From Firmicutes bacterium UBA5435 (GTDB taxonomy: Bacteria > Bacillota > UBA5435): a stretch of 64,000 nucleotides of DNA. The stretch is from the NCBI GenBank assembly GCA_002426645.1, contig DIRN01000023.1, positions 4,947 through 68,946 on the forward strand. The letters run 5' to 3'. The notes under the pieces are model-generated. The model did no database searches, was not told the origin of the DNA, and saw only the letters and a list, made by a program, of their open reading frames with translations. Made by a program: the position numbers and the translations under genes. Below, in pieces: positions 29,426 to 39,883 of this stretch; the stretch's first letter is position 1, and the number at the start of each line of letters is the position of its first letter.

Positions 29426-30171
29426 CGAAGAGCGTGAGGGTGGACATTATAACTATTTTTCCCCAAATGTTTCACGGGCCTTTAGATTATAGTATAATAA
29501 AGCGAGCGAGAGAAAGAGGTATTATAGATATCTACTTCCATGACCTTAGAGATTTTACCGAGGATAAACATAAAACTGTAGATGACGCTCCATATAGTGG
29601 AGGAGCAGGAATGGTAATGAAGCCAGAACCTATTTTTAAAGCTGCCAGAGATATCTTAAAAGAGGATTATGGTTCTGTGCCTTTTATACTAATGTCTCCT
29701 CAAGGACGCATCTTCAATCAGGAAAAAGCAAAGGAACTATCTAAGTTTCAACGTATAGCAATCCTTTGTGGACATTACGAAGGAGTGGATGAGCGAGTTA
29801 GAGAAAGGTTAGTTACTGAAGAGATCTCAATTGGTGATTATGTACTCACTGGTGGGGAGCTTCCTGCTATGGTCCTTATTGATGCAGTAAGCCGTATGCT
29901 CCCCGGGGTTTTAGGAGATCCTGAATCAGCTGTTAACGAATCTTTTTACTATTCGCTTTTAGAGTATCCGCAGTATACGCGGCCTCGAGAATTTGAGGGC
30001 ATGAAGGTACCAGAGGTCCTACTTAGTGGAAATCATGAAGAGATAAGGAAGTGGCGACGACGCGAATCTCTAAGGCGCACTTTTATACGACGTCCTGATC
30101 TTTTAGAGAAGGCAGACCTTACTGAAGAGGATAAAGAATTTCTTCAGGAGCTGCTCAAGGACGAATTTTGA
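29422..30171 (+). CDS. trmD: tRNA (guanine37-N1)-methyltransferase
   Basis: [27 protein letters not shown]. Confidence 0.97.
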   Translation: MTKSVRVDIITIFPQMFHGPLDYSIIKRARERGIIDIYFHDLRDFTEDKHKTVDDAPYSGGAGMVMKPEPIFKAARDILKEDYGSVPFILMSPQGRIFNQEKAKELSKFQRIAILCGHYEGVDERVRERLVTEEISIGDYVLTGGELPAMVLIDAVSRMLPGVLGDPESAVNESFYYSLLEYPQYTRPREFEGMKVPEVLLSGNHEEIRKWRRRESLRRTFIRRPDLLEKADLTEEDKEFLQELLKDEF

Positions 30172-30194
30172 GTTTTTCTTAAGGAGGTGCAGTA

Positions 30195-30539
30195 ATGAAT
30201 ATCATTGATATAGTAGAGAGGGGACAAATGCGAGACGACATCCCGGATTTTAAACCTGGTGATGGAGTTCGTGTACACGTTAGAGTCGTAGAAGGAGAAC
30301 GAGAACGAATTCAGATCTTCGAAGGGACTGTAATAGCTAGAAAGAATAAGGGTGTAAATGAAACCTTTACTGTTCGTAGAATTTCCCAGGGCATAGGTGT
30401 AGAGCGTGTATTTCCTGTTCATTCGCGTTTTGTGAATAAGATAGAAGTAGTGAGAAGAGGACGAGTAAGACGTAGTAAACTCTACTACTTGCGCTCCAGA
30501 ATAGGTAAGGCGGCAAGGGTAAAAGAACTTCGCGGTTAG
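30195..30539 (+). CDS. rplS: 50S ribosomal protein L19
   Basis: [25 protein letters not shown]. Confidence 0.97.
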   Translation: MNIIDIVERGQMRDDIPDFKPGDGVRVHVRVVEGERERIQIFEGTVIARKNKGVNETFTVRRISQGIGVERVFPVHSRFVNKIEVVRRGRVRRSKLYYLRSRIGKAARVKELRG

Positions 30540-30647
30540 GCTATCGCCCTTATAATCTTGATACGATTTATCGGGGCTCAGTTGAGCCCCGAAGATAAGA
30601 GCCATAAAGTTAGGTTATGGCGGTCTGAAGGGAGACGGCAGGGTTTA

Positions 30648-31205
30648 GTGGACGATTCGGTAAAGAAAAATTCAGATATAAGGGAATTCATTGAAGCCCT
30701 AGTCGTGGCTGTTATATTAGCTGGGTTCATTATAACATTTATAGTTCAATCCTTTGTAGTAGAAGGGAGATCAATGGAGCCGACATTATATGATGGTCAA
30801 AGGCTCTTTGTGAACAAGTTCATATATAGATTTACAGAGATAAAGCATGGTGATATAGTGGTCTTTAGATATCCCCTTAACCCAGCGAAGAAATATATAA
30901 AGCGTGTTATTGGAGTTGCAGGTGATACTATATATATCACAGACGGTAAAGTTTATCTTAATGGAGTGCTACTTGAAGAGGACTATATTCTAGAGAAGAC
31001 GAAGCGAACGTGGGGACCTTATGAAGTTCCAGAAGGACGGATCTTCGTAATGGGAGATAACAGAAATAATAGTGATGATAGTCGGTACTCTGATGTTGGT
31101 TTTGTATTAAAGGAAACTGTAATCGGAAAAGCATTCGTTATCTACTGGCCGCTCTCTAATGTTAAAATATTGAAATCACCTGAACTAAATATGGCTAAGA
31201 GGTGA
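30648..31205 (+). CDS. lepB: Signal peptidase I
   Basis: TM helix, SMEPTL, YIKRVIG, MGDNRNNSDDSR. GTG start inferred. Confidence 0.93.
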   Translation: MDDSVKKNSDIREFIEALVVAVILAGFIITFIVQSFVVEGRSMEPTLYDGQRLFVNKFIYRFTEIKHGDIVVFRYPLNPAKKYIKRVIGVAGDTIYITDGKVYLNGVLLEEDYILEKTKRTWGPYEVPEGRIFVMGDNRNNSDDSRYSDVGFVLKETVIGKAFVIYWPLSNVKILKSPELNMAKR

Positions 31206-31213
31206 AGTAATGT

Positions 31214-32017
31214 ATGGAGGGGTGGCATGCCTTAAAGCTCAAAGAGATAGAAGAGTTGCTAGGTGAATTAAATAAGTCTCATAGGCTTAATTCGGAGATT
31301 ATAAAGAAACTTAGAGCAGACCCTAGGCGCGGTGCTCAGCGTTTAGCAGATCGAGCCCAGAAAGAATTGGAGCTTATGGCGGATGAAGATAAGAGATTAA
31401 GTGAGATGAAGACATATGAGGAAGAGGCACGCTCTCGTGGGTTCAAGAGGATAGCTGGGGTTGATGAAGCTGGACGCGGTCCTTTAGCTGGACCCGTGGT
31501 GGCTGCTTCAGTTATTTTACCGGAGGATGTTTTTATTGAAGGCATCAATGATTCAAAGAAACTCTCACCAGAGCAACGTGAGGCACTCTTTCAAGTTATA
31601 GAGTCAACAAGCGTTGCCATAGGTATTGAGATCATTGACCATTCAATCATAGATGAGGTAAATATATTACAGGCTACTCATATGGCTATGAAAGGGGCGG
31701 TGGAACGCCTTGAACCTCTACCAGACTTTGTAATGGTAGATGGAACCTCAATTCCGGCGTTGTCTGTACCAGCTCGTTCCATACCTAAAGGAGACTCTCT
31801 TTCCATATCAATCGCTGCTGCTTCAATAATCGCAAAGGTAACTAGAGATCGAATCATGCGTGAATTAGATAGCCTTTATCCTCAATACGGTTTTGCCCGC
31901 CATAAAGGGTACGGTACCTCTGAACACATAAAGGCCATAAATACTTATGGTCTTTCGCCTATACATAGAAGAAGCTTTTGTAAGTCTTTTAAGCAATTAT
32001 CCTTGGTTAATATATAA
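31214..32017 (+). CDS. rnhB: Ribonuclease HII
   Basis: GVDEAGRGPLAGPV, DSKKL, KGYGT. Confidence 0.96.
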   Translation: MEGWHALKLKEIEELLGELNKSHRLNSEIIKKLRADPRRGAQRLADRAQKELELMADEDKRLSEMKTYEEEARSRGFKRIAGVDEAGRGPLAGPVVAASVILPEDVFIEGINDSKKLSPEQREALFQVIESTSVAIGIEIIDHSIIDEVNILQATHMAMKGAVERLEPLPDFVMVDGTSIPALSVPARSIPKGDSLSISIAAASIIAKVTRDRIMRELDSLYPQYGFARHKGYGTSEHIKAINTYGLSPIHRRSFCKSFKQLSLVNI

Positions 32018-32085
32018 GATTTATAAATCGCGCTCTTCCTTTTTTATCGTATGATATTATTTACCAGAAGCTCTCTTTTTATCTC

Positions 32086-32294
32086 TTGACATTTAAGTAG
32101 TTATATGATACTCTTACCATAGAGATGGACGCATTAATAATGTAGAACTTGTCCATCTAGAAATTCGGTCTATAGGAAATGGTGTGGATATACTCTGGGT
32201 TTACAAAAGTCCCAGTTGGCGGCCGGGCAAAGTGCCTTGCAATTTACCACACCCCCTCCGTAAGGGCCAATAAAAGTTTTAGGAGGCTATTAAC
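32086..32294 (+). promoter_or_regulatory. Promoter and long structured 5' UTR of the cold-shock gene
   Basis: TTGACA-17-TACTCT. About 175-nt leader with stems AGATGGAC/GTCCATCT and GGTGTGG/CCACACC. Confidence 0.55.
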
Positions 32295-32495
32295 GTGGCA
32301 AGAGGTACTGTAAAATGGTTTGATGTTAAGAAGGGCTATGGGTTCATCGCCCAAGACAGTGGTGAGGATGTCTTTGTCCATTATTCTGCTATTCAGTCTG
32401 ATGGATTCAAGGCCCTAGAAGAAGGTCAGGATGTTGAGTTTGATATAGTTCAAGGTAACAGAGGCCCGCAGGCTGCCAACGTCGTTAAAATTTAA
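32295..32495 (+). CDS. csp: Cold-shock protein
   Basis: GTVKWF, KGYGFI, DVFVHYS, GPQAANV. Confidence 0.97.
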   Translation: MARGTVKWFDVKKGYGFIAQDSGEDVFVHYSAIQSDGFKALEEGQDVEFDIVQGNRGPQAANVVKI

Positions 32496-32520
32496 GTTTA
32501 AAGTCAACAAGAGCTTGCAC

Positions 32521-32552
32521 AGCCCCGATGATGATCCTCATCGGGGTTCTTC
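32521..32552 (+). terminator. Terminator after csp
   Basis: AGCCCCGATGA...TCATCGGGGTT then CTT. Confidence 0.65.
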
Positions 32553-32597
32553 GCTATTATGGAACCAATTTTACAGTTATCTTTAGTTTTTGTGGGA

Positions 32598-32666
32598 AAG
32601 GACGGTGTATGGGTATTTTTTCACGAAGCTAAAGACTTTGTGGTTTTAATACCTAGAAGATATATG
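32598..32666 (+). promoter_or_regulatory. Hairpin-bridged ribosome-binding site of 5-formyl-THF cyclo-ligase
   Basis: AAGGACGGTG (32598-32607), stems TGGGTATT/AATACCTA and CACGAAG/CTTTGTG (32610-32655), 8 nt, ATG 32664. Confidence 0.6.
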
Positions 32667-33233
32667 AAGAAGAGGGAACTTAGAGAGAGAATGCTCGAGC
32701 TGAGAGAAGGAATGCTACACTCTGAGGTCGCTGCTATGAGCAAAACTATTCATACATACCTTCAATCACTGCCATCTTTCCGCAATGCAAAGAATATTTT
32801 CTTATACGCTTCTACACGTAATGAAGTGGAAACTGATGATATAATCGTTAACCTACTGCAAGCTGGGAAAGGAGTGGCCATTCCAGTTGTCAATAAGGGT
32901 ACAAAAGAGATTGTATTTTCATTCATTGAAAGCCTTGATGAGTTGATGCCAAGCACATATGGCATAAGAGAACCCTTACCTAATTCTTTACGGCCGGTTG
33001 CTTTGGATTCAGTAGATCTTATAATCATCCCTGGCGTAGCCTTTGATATGAGGGGATATAGGTTAGGATATGGAGGAGGTTACTATGATCGCTTCCTAGA
33101 GAAATTGCCAGAAGGCGTTCATAAGATGGGCCTTGCCTTTGATTTTCAGGTATTAGAGGCTTTACCAGTAGAAGAACATGATTTAAAAGTGGACACTATA
33201 ATAACTGAAGAGCGTATAATAAAAGTGGAATAA
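32664..33233 (+). CDS. 5-formyltetrahydrofolate cyclo-ligase
   Basis: K.ELR, IIPGVAFD..GYRLGYGGGYYDR, EEHD. Confidence 0.93.
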   Translation: MKKRELRERMLELREGMLHSEVAAMSKTIHTYLQSLPSFRNAKNIFLYASTRNEVETDDIIVNLLQAGKGVAIPVVNKGTKEIVFSFIESLDELMPSTYGIREPLPNSLRPVALDSVDLIIIPGVAFDMRGYRLGYGGGYYDRFLEKLPEGVHKMGLAFDFQVLEALPVEEHDLKVDTIITEERIIKVE

Positions 33234-33265
33234 GTATTTTTTAAGATGTGGAGGGGTTGCGAAAC

Positions 33266-33667
33266 ATGGAAAAGAAACTTTATCGTTCTCGTAAAGACAG
33301 TATTCTTGGTGGGGTTTGTGGGGGGTTAGCAGAATACTTTAATTTAGATACGAGTTTAATGAGAATAATCTGGGCGATTGCTATGTTCGCTGGGGGTATA
33401 GGTTTTCTTCCTTATATTATTGCATGGATTGTCATACCAGAAGAGCCAATCGGAGGAGATGGCTCAGTTGAAGTTATAGATAATGCGAGAGGACAAGGGT
33501 CAATGGATGCTGATACAACGACTAGAGTAATTGGGGCTATATTAGTGGGACTTGGCACGTTCTTTCTCTTTAGAAATTACCTGCCATGGTTAAGACTTGA
33601 GCGTATTTGGCCTTTTGGATTTATAGTTCTAGGACTTTATATGTTAATTGGTGGAAAGAAGGGATGA
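33266..33667 (+). CDS. PspC-domain membrane protein
   Basis: KKLYRSRKDSILGGVCGGLAEYF...YIIAWIVIP, plus a C-terminal LiaI/DUF5668-like TM hairpin. Confidence 0.88.
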   Translation: MEKKLYRSRKDSILGGVCGGLAEYFNLDTSLMRIIWAIAMFAGGIGFLPYIIAWIVIPEEPIGGDGSVEVIDNARGQGSMDADTTTRVIGAILVGLGTFFLFRNYLPWLRLERIWPFGFIVLGLYMLIGGKKG

Positions 33668-33670
33668 GTT

Positions 33671-34579
33671 GTGAAGAACTCTAATGCTCTCACTGGAACC
33701 ATTTTTATAACTATAGGAGTGGTTTTCCTTTTGAATAATTTCGCTATTATAGATTGGCGGATTCTAATTGACCTTCTCCATTTCTGGCCTGTATTCTTAA
33801 TAATATTTGGCCTTAATCTTATCTTCGGGAAAACTATGCTGTTCTTTATTGCTCCCCTGCTATTTATCGTCTTAATAGTAGTGGCTATTTTTTATCCCAC
33901 GATTTTACCAGGGAGGATAGGCCTTTCACAGGAGATGGGTTTGTCTCAAGATTTAGAACTGGGTATACGACAAGCTAAGATCCAAATGACCATCTCTGCA
34001 GCGGATATAGATATATATAATGTAAAGCCTGAAGAGAGAGGCAAGCTCTTATTAGGGAAAGTAAGTTATCGGCAAGTTCCACCTGAAGTATCTTATAAAG
34101 TCAATGGATATGAGGCTATAGTAGATATAAAGTCTAAGAAGAAGAACTCTTTCTTTGGAATCGGTTCGCTTCGCGGCTCAGAGAATGCGATGCGCTTAGG
34201 TCTTACTGAACTTATACCATTGAGATTAGATATAAAATCTGGTGCAAGCGATCTTTATTTAGATCTTTCTTTGCTGAGAGTAGAATCCCTTGACTTGGAG
34301 GCAGGAGCATCAAGTATAAAGATAAAGTTCGGTGATATCTCAGAGAAACTTGTAGGTAGAATTGAAGGCGGTGTCTCTCAAGTTGTACTTATGATCCCAA
34401 AATGGGTAGGCGCTCGGATACATCTAGATTCGGGTTTATCTAGTAATAATCTTAAAGAAGTTGGGTTTGAAAAAGACGGTAATGTATACACTACCCCTAA
34501 TTACTCTAAGTCAGATAGAGTGATTGATATAGACGTTTCTATAGGAGTGGGGAGATTAAATGTAAAATTTATAGACTGA
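33671..34579 (+). CDS. LiaF/LiaG-like envelope-stress protein (TM region + toast-rack beta-solenoid)
   Basis: GVVFLLNN..HFWP TM region; repeated LDIKSGAS/LDLEAGAS strands. Confidence 0.75.
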   Translation: MKNSNALTGTIFITIGVVFLLNNFAIIDWRILIDLLHFWPVFLIIFGLNLIFGKTMLFFIAPLLFIVLIVVAIFYPTILPGRIGLSQEMGLSQDLELGIRQAKIQMTISAADIDIYNVKPEERGKLLLGKVSYRQVPPEVSYKVNGYEAIVDIKSKKKNSFFGIGSLRGSENAMRLGLTELIPLRLDIKSGASDLYLDLSLLRVESLDLEAGASSIKIKFGDISEKLVGRIEGGVSQVVLMIPKWVGARIHLDSGLSSNNLKEVGFEKDGNVYTTPNYSKSDRVIDIDVSIGVGRLNVKFID

Positions 34580-34630
34580 TACCTTACTATATGGGTTAAA
34601 ATAAGGGAAGTGGATTATTTATTCTAATGA

Positions 34631-34689
34631 GAGGGGCGAGAACCGTACTTTTTTACTTTTGAAAGTAGAAAAGCAGGCGGAAGTTTATG
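34631..34689 (+). promoter_or_regulatory. Hairpin-bridged ribosome-binding site of rimO
   Basis: GAGGGG (34631-34636), hairpin 34643-34680, 6 nt, ATG 34687. Confidence 0.55.
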
Positions 34690-36024
34690 AAGTGTGGAAT
34701 GATCTCCCTTGGATGTCCAAAGAACCTAGTTGATACTGAGGTAATGCTTGGGCTCTTAAAAGATTCTGGATATGAAATAACTCCAAGGGCAGAAGAGGCT
34801 GATGTGCTCATTATTAATACGTGTGCCTTTATTGATGAAGCCAAGGAAGAGGCTATAGAGAATATCTTTGATATGGCTCGATTTAAGGAAATAGGGCGTT
34901 GCAAAGGTTTGATAGTCACAGGCTGTCTCTCCCAAAGGTATAGTAACGAGCTCTTACATGAATTACCTGAGGTAGATGCCTTTGTTGGAAGTGGTGAATT
35001 CCATAGGATCGTAGAGGTTGTTGAGAAGGTTCTGGATGGTCAACGTTTTTCTCTTCGTTCCGAGCCTGATTTCATCTACGATCATACTTTTTCTAGGGTA
35101 CAGACAACACCAGGTCATATTGCTTATATAAAGATAGCGGAAGGCTGTAATAATAGGTGTTCGTACTGTATTATACCTGAACTTCGAGGTAGATTTAGAA
35201 GTAGACCCATAGAGTCTATTCTCTATGAGGCAAGGGCATTGGTGAAGAATGGTGTTAAGGAAATAATCCTTGTGGCTCAGGATACAACCAGGTACGGAGT
35301 TGATATCTATGGGGAATACTCATTAGCGCGGCTTTTGCGACAGGTAGCAAATATAGATGGATCCCTTTGGGTGCGTGCACTTTACATGTATCCTACAAGG
35401 TTCACAGATGAATTGATAGAGGTAATAGCATCTGAACCAGCTATATGCAATTATATTGATCTGCCTTTGCAACATATAGATGATGAACTTTTATCAAAGA
35501 TGAGACGGCAAGGTAGAAGTAAAGAGATACGAAGTTTAATCGCGAGGCTCCGTACTTCTATTCCAGATATAGTGTTTCGTACATCATTTATTGTAGGGTT
35601 CCCTGGAGAAACTGACGAGAAGTTTCGTTCGCTTCTGGATTTTATGAAGGAAGTAGAATTTGAGAGGGTAGGAGTGTTTAAGTATTCTCAAGAAGAAAGA
35701 ACTTTAGCGGGAGAAATGCCCGACCAGATCGACGATGAGGTTAAGGAAGAACGGAAGAATATAGCTATGGAAGTGCAACGTCTTATATCGCGAAGACATA
35801 ATCATAAGCGAATTGGTAGCGTCGAAGAGGTGTTAATAGATGGACGATCTGATGAAAGTCCATTAGTAACCGTGGGTCGTTCTAAGGGTGAAGCTCCTGA
35901 GATAGATGGATTAATATATATTGGGAACCAACACCCCGCTCCAGGAGAGGTCAAGCGGGTAAAGATTATAGATTCTGGGGATTATGACCTAGTGGGGGAA
36001 ATAGTGGATGGAAGTCTTAAATGA
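34687..36024 (+). CDS. rimO: Ribosomal protein S12 methylthiotransferase RimO
   Basis: SLGCPKNLVD, radical-SAM CNNRCSYC, TRAM domain with APEIDG. Confidence 0.96.
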   Translation: MKCGMISLGCPKNLVDTEVMLGLLKDSGYEITPRAEEADVLIINTCAFIDEAKEEAIENIFDMARFKEIGRCKGLIVTGCLSQRYSNELLHELPEVDAFVGSGEFHRIVEVVEKVLDGQRFSLRSEPDFIYDHTFSRVQTTPGHIAYIKIAEGCNNRCSYCIIPELRGRFRSRPIESILYEARALVKNGVKEIILVAQDTTRYGVDIYGEYSLARLLRQVANIDGSLWVRALYMYPTRFTDELIEVIASEPAICNYIDLPLQHIDDELLSKMRRQGRSKEIRSLIARLRTSIPDIVFRTSFIVGFPGETDEKFRSLLDFMKEVEFERVGVFKYSQEERTLAGEMPDQIDDEVKEERKNIAMEVQRLISRRHNHKRIGSVEEVLIDGRSDESPLVTVGRSKGEAPEIDGLIYIGNQHPAPGEVKRVKIIDSGDYDLVGEIVDGSLK

Positions 36025-37093
36025 AGAGTATACCCAAGGAGAAGAGAATGTGATGAAGAGAGAAGTGATCTTTCTAAATAGAAAGATCATCTTCACTTAT
36101 ATCATTCTAGGAATAAATATACTTCTCTTCATAGCCATGTCTATAAGTGGTGGCTCCACGAATACTAATACGCTTATCAGGTTTGGTGGGAAGTTTGCAC
36201 CTTTAATATGGGGAGGCCAGTGGTGGCGCCTTATAACTTCTATTTTTCTGCATATAGGCATAGCACACCTTGCCTTTAACTCATATGCCCTTTATAGTAT
36301 AGGACGAGTATCTGAGAGCCTCTACGGCTCAGGAAAATTTTTGTTTATATATCTCTTTGCAGGACTTTGGGGTAGCATTGCCAGTACTATGTGGGGATTC
36401 GAGCATATATCAGCTGGAGCGTCTGGCGCGATCTTTGGGTTAGCTGGTTCTCTTCTATACTTTGGGCTTAGAACACCCCGAGTTCTCTCAGGAAGATTTG
36501 GGACTAATTTAATAGTTATAATATTATTTAATATATGTTATGGATTCATAGATTCTCGTACAGATAATTATGCTCATTTAGGAGGTCTTCTAGGTGGATT
36601 TATAGCAGCAGCTCTCTTAGGGCTCTTATGGGAGAGAATCAGTGATAAACGGTTCGTAGGGATTTTAATATTTCTATTAATAACCCTTGGGAGTGCGTAC
36701 TTTATAGTGGTTCCACCTGAAGGAAGTTGGCAATCACTCTATATAAAGGGTGAGAAAGCCATAGATTCAGAGCAATATTCTCACGCTATAGAATATCTTA
36801 TGGATGCGGATGAACTTTCCCCCCGAAATCCTCTTATAAGACGTTCCCTTGGTATAGCACGGTTCAATCTAGCAGGAGAACTATTCAATGCTGGAGAATA
36901 TAGTGAAGCTATAGTCCAATACAAAGAATGTAGATCTTTAATCCTATCGGAGCCTGCTATAGAATATAATATGGGTTTAGCTTATATTCGACTTAATCAA
37001 ATAAATGAGGGGCTTGCTGCTATGCGTAGAGCCCTATTGATTGATCCAAACTTTACGCCAGCAAAAGATGTATTGCGTTTATATAATCAGTAG
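36008..37093 (+). CDS. Rhomboid intramembrane protease with C-terminal TPRs
   Basis: WRLITSIFLH, GASG, AHLGG; TPR repeats. Confidence 0.9.
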   Translation: MEVLNEEYTQGEENVMKREVIFLNRKIIFTYIILGINILLFIAMSISGGSTNTNTLIRFGGKFAPLIWGGQWWRLITSIFLHIGIAHLAFNSYALYSIGRVSESLYGSGKFLFIYLFAGLWGSIASTMWGFEHISAGASGAIFGLAGSLLYFGLRTPRVLSGRFGTNLIVIILFNICYGFIDSRTDNYAHLGGLLGGFIAAALLGLLWERISDKRFVGILIFLLITLGSAYFIVVPPEGSWQSLYIKGEKAIDSEQYSHAIEYLMDADELSPRNPLIRRSLGIARFNLAGELFNAGEYSEAIVQYKECRSLILSEPAIEYNMGLAYIRLNQINEGLAAMRRALLIDPNFTPAKDVLRLYNQ

Positions 37094-37107
37094 ATCAACT
37101 AGAAAGA

Positions 37108-37144
37108 AAGGAGGATGTTGTGCTTATTGGCGCAAACGGTTATG
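37108..37144 (+). promoter_or_regulatory. Hairpin-bridged ribosome-binding site of the AGE epimerase
   Basis: AAGGAGG (37108-37114), stem TTGTGC/GCGCAA (37118-37135), 6 nt, ATG 37142. The ATG at 37115 abuts the SD. Confidence 0.5.
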
Positions 37145-38407
37145 GCAGAATTAAATGCTAGGAAATTGTTACTCTTCTATGAGGAGCAACTCTACGGTGA
37201 TATCCTCCCATTTTGGTTGAAGAATGGTATTGATAAAGAGTATGGAGGATATTTTACTTGTTTTACTAATACCAGTGAAGAGCTGCTGAGTGATGATAAA
37301 TATATATGGTCCCAAGCTCGTTTTATCTGGGTTCTCTCGCGGTTAGCAGCTTTAGAAGGGGGAAAAGGAGAGTACCTAGGACTTGCCAGATCGGGCGTAC
37401 GTTTTCTTCAAGAGAATGCTCTCTTGGAGAATGGCAATTGCGCTTTTCTTTTAGATAGGAGGGGTAATCCCAAAGAACCTGTCCCTGGAAGTGGCTATGA
37501 TACTAGTTTTTATGCAGATTGCTTTGCTATATTAGGCTTTGCTGAGTATGCAAGGATCTCTGGAGAGCGAGGCGCGTTAGATTTTGCTTTAAAGGTTTAT
37601 GATTCTGTGATAAGACGTTTACAAGCAAAGAGCATTAGGACAGAACCATATCCTATTCCAAGGGGACTTAAAACACATGGAGTTCCTATGATTATGGTTA
37701 ATACCTGTGATGAACTTTCTAAAGCACTAGATGAATTTGGTCATCTTCGTACCCATGAGGTAAAGGAGATGTCGCTTCACTATACTCATGAGATAATCTC
37801 TGACTTTACTACGGAAGATGATTTGATTCTTGAGATGGTGCGAGAAGATGGGGAGGAGATAGACTCTATACTTGGCACTTATATTAATCCTGGACATACT
37901 ATAGAGGATATGTGGTTTATAATTCATTGTGCGCAAAGATACGGTGATTCTGAATTAATAAAAAGAGCAGCGCGCATAGTAAAAAGAACTATGGAGGTTG
38001 GATGGGATACGAAGTATGGAGGTCTTTTTCTTTTTGTGAATAGAGATGGAGGAGAGCCTCAAGGGGATATCGGGGGTTTTGAAGATGATGAGATGGTACG
38101 AAAATTAAAGAATGATTGGGATAATAAGTTATGGTGGCCTCACTCAGAAGCGCTCTATTCCACTCTTTTGAGTTATAATTTGACAAAGGATAAAGGGTTA
38201 GCTGAACTATATAATAAGGTTCACCATTATACATTTGCTGCTTTTCCTAACCCAGATAAACAGATAGGCGAATGGATACAGATTCGTGACCGTCAGGGTA
38301 GGCCTGAAACAAAGGTCGTGGCTCTACCCGTTAAGGATCCTTTCCATATAGCTAGGAGTTTTATGTTGATAATAGAGCTCCTAAGAGGTTCAAGTGGAGA
38401 TTTCTAA
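37142..38407 (+). CDS. N-acylglucosamine 2-epimerase (AGE family)
   Basis: D.EYGGYFTC, KYIWSQAR, NPGHTIE, KLWWPHSE, KDPFH. Confidence 0.9.
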   Translation: MAELNARKLLLFYEEQLYGDILPFWLKNGIDKEYGGYFTCFTNTSEELLSDDKYIWSQARFIWVLSRLAALEGGKGEYLGLARSGVRFLQENALLENGNCAFLLDRRGNPKEPVPGSGYDTSFYADCFAILGFAEYARISGERGALDFALKVYDSVIRRLQAKSIRTEPYPIPRGLKTHGVPMIMVNTCDELSKALDEFGHLRTHEVKEMSLHYTHEIISDFTTEDDLILEMVREDGEEIDSILGTYINPGHTIEDMWFIIHCAQRYGDSELIKRAARIVKRTMEVGWDTKYGGLFLFVNRDGGEPQGDIGGFEDDEMVRKLKNDWDNKLWWPHSEALYSTLLSYNLTKDKGLAELYNKVHHYTFAAFPNPDKQIGEWIQIRDRQGRPETKVVALPVKDPFHIARSFMLIIELLRGSSGDF

Positions 38408-38561
38408 AGTTTTTGCAGCCTTTTTTTTACGTTACTAAGAAGGAAAAATAGTCTTTACGGTGAATATGTAATAGGTGAGATGTTATACAGGTATTATCAA
38501 GGAGACTATTCTAAGAGTCAGTAGAGTAGTTTCTTTGGATTAGATAAATAAGGAGGGGGAT

Positions 38562-39518
38562 TTGATTATGAACATGTTGGACACGATTAAGGGCTCATTA
38601 TTGGAAAGTTTTTATCCTGCTGGTTGGGATCTTAAGAGGATCGATGAATGCTGTAGCCAACCGCCAGAGTCAGTTACTGAGCGCCAAAGTTTTTGGAATC
38701 CTGACTTTACACCGGTTCCTTGTGAGACTATAGGCGATTTTAACACATATATGGGTCATGAGATCGCTATGGAGATCAGGAGGACTAAGGAGGAAGGGCG
38801 AAAGTTAGCATTAATTCTCCCAGTAGGACCTATGGGTATGTATCGTTGGGCTGTATATTTCCTAAAAGAGTGGGGAATTGATGCCAAACATGTATATGGT
38901 TTTAATATGGATGAGTGGAGCGATAAGGATGGAAATACCCTTGAATCTACGAATCCTGGAGCTTTTCAGAACGCTATGGAAGATGCTTTTTATGGTCCGC
39001 TAGGGGAATTGACTGTACCAGAGAACCAGCGAAACTTTGCTACAAAAGCTGTTCTTCCCACGTATGCTGAGAAGATAGGGGAGTTGAAAGCTGATGGTAC
39101 TAAATTAATAACTGTCTTTGGTATCGGACGGGTATTCCATATAGCCTTCTGGGAACCCCACTTTGCTGCTGATTTTTCTAGCGTGGAAGAGTGGAAGAAG
39201 CAGACTCATCGTATTGGTGCAAAACTTCATCCACTGACTATTGAACAGAATGCATTGACAAGCTTTAAGAGTAGATATACTCTGGTTCCATGCTTTTCTA
39301 ATACTGTTGGACCTGGTCTCTTCTTGCAGTCCGATAAGATAATTGGTGGTTGTGACGGAGTTTTAGGTCGCGGTATGCAGTGGCAGGGTGTTTCTTTCTG
39401 GGTAACTTTAAGGTACGGACCTGATATGTGGGTTCCTTCTAGCTTTATGCCTACACTCCCAGGGAAGCTCTTCTTCCTTAAAGAACTAGCAGGACCTCTT
39501 GCTCCGGAGTGCAATTAA
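38562..39518 (+). CDS. NagB/RpiA-fold sugar-phosphate isomerase/deaminase
   Basis: ILPVGP, FNMDEW, GIGR..HIAFWEP. Confidence 0.75.
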   Translation: MIMNMLDTIKGSLLESFYPAGWDLKRIDECCSQPPESVTERQSFWNPDFTPVPCETIGDFNTYMGHEIAMEIRRTKEEGRKLALILPVGPMGMYRWAVYFLKEWGIDAKHVYGFNMDEWSDKDGNTLESTNPGAFQNAMEDAFYGPLGELTVPENQRNFATKAVLPTYAEKIGELKADGTKLITVFGIGRVFHIAFWEPHFAADFSSVEEWKKQTHRIGAKLHPLTIEQNALTSFKSRYTLVPCFSNTVGPGLFLQSDKIIGGCDGVLGRGMQWQGVSFWVTLRYGPDMWVPSSFMPTLPGKLFFLKELAGPLAPECN

Positions 39519-39554
39519 TCTTTCTAAAGATTTCCCCTTAAAGGAGGCGAAGAT

Positions 39555-39821
39555 GTGCGTACTAGAACTCTCTTAGGAGAAGAAGTAGAGGGTCTTCAGA
39601 AGGATGGGTATTCCATAGTCTACGCAGGAAGGCTCTATACCTATGGTAGTTACCACTGGGGTTTTGTGCGTCATAATCTCTCTAGGGGAGCATCTGATCC
39701 TATGTGGTGGATAATTAGTAAGAAGGAGGTCAAGATCTATACTGAATCAGGGGATATCCTCTGGCGTGCTAAGGTTATAGCTTCAGATGCAGATTTTATT
39801 GAATACGAAGTTCTAAATTGA
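39555..39821 (+). CDS. Hypothetical protein
   Basis: Strong SD AAGGAGG, 88 aa, followed by a terminator. Confidence 0.6.
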   Translation: MRTRTLLGEEVEGLQKDGYSIVYAGRLYTYGSYHWGFVRHNLSRGASDPMWWIISKKEVKIYTESGDILWRAKVIASDADFIEYEVLN

Positions 39822-39843
39822 TCTTGACTCATAAAGTTTCTAT

Positions 39844-39875
39844 GGGGAGCACATATCTCTAAGGAAGTGCTCCCC
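39844..39875. terminator. Terminator between convergent genes
   Basis: GGGGAGCAC...GTGCTCCCC. Confidence 0.6.
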
Positions 39876-39883
39876 CTCTTCTT

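Noticed and set aside
32500-32663. 6S RNA upstream of 5-formyl-THF cyclo-ligase
   Set aside because: The space is taken by the csp terminator and the RBS hairpin; there is no ~180-nt rod with a central bubble.
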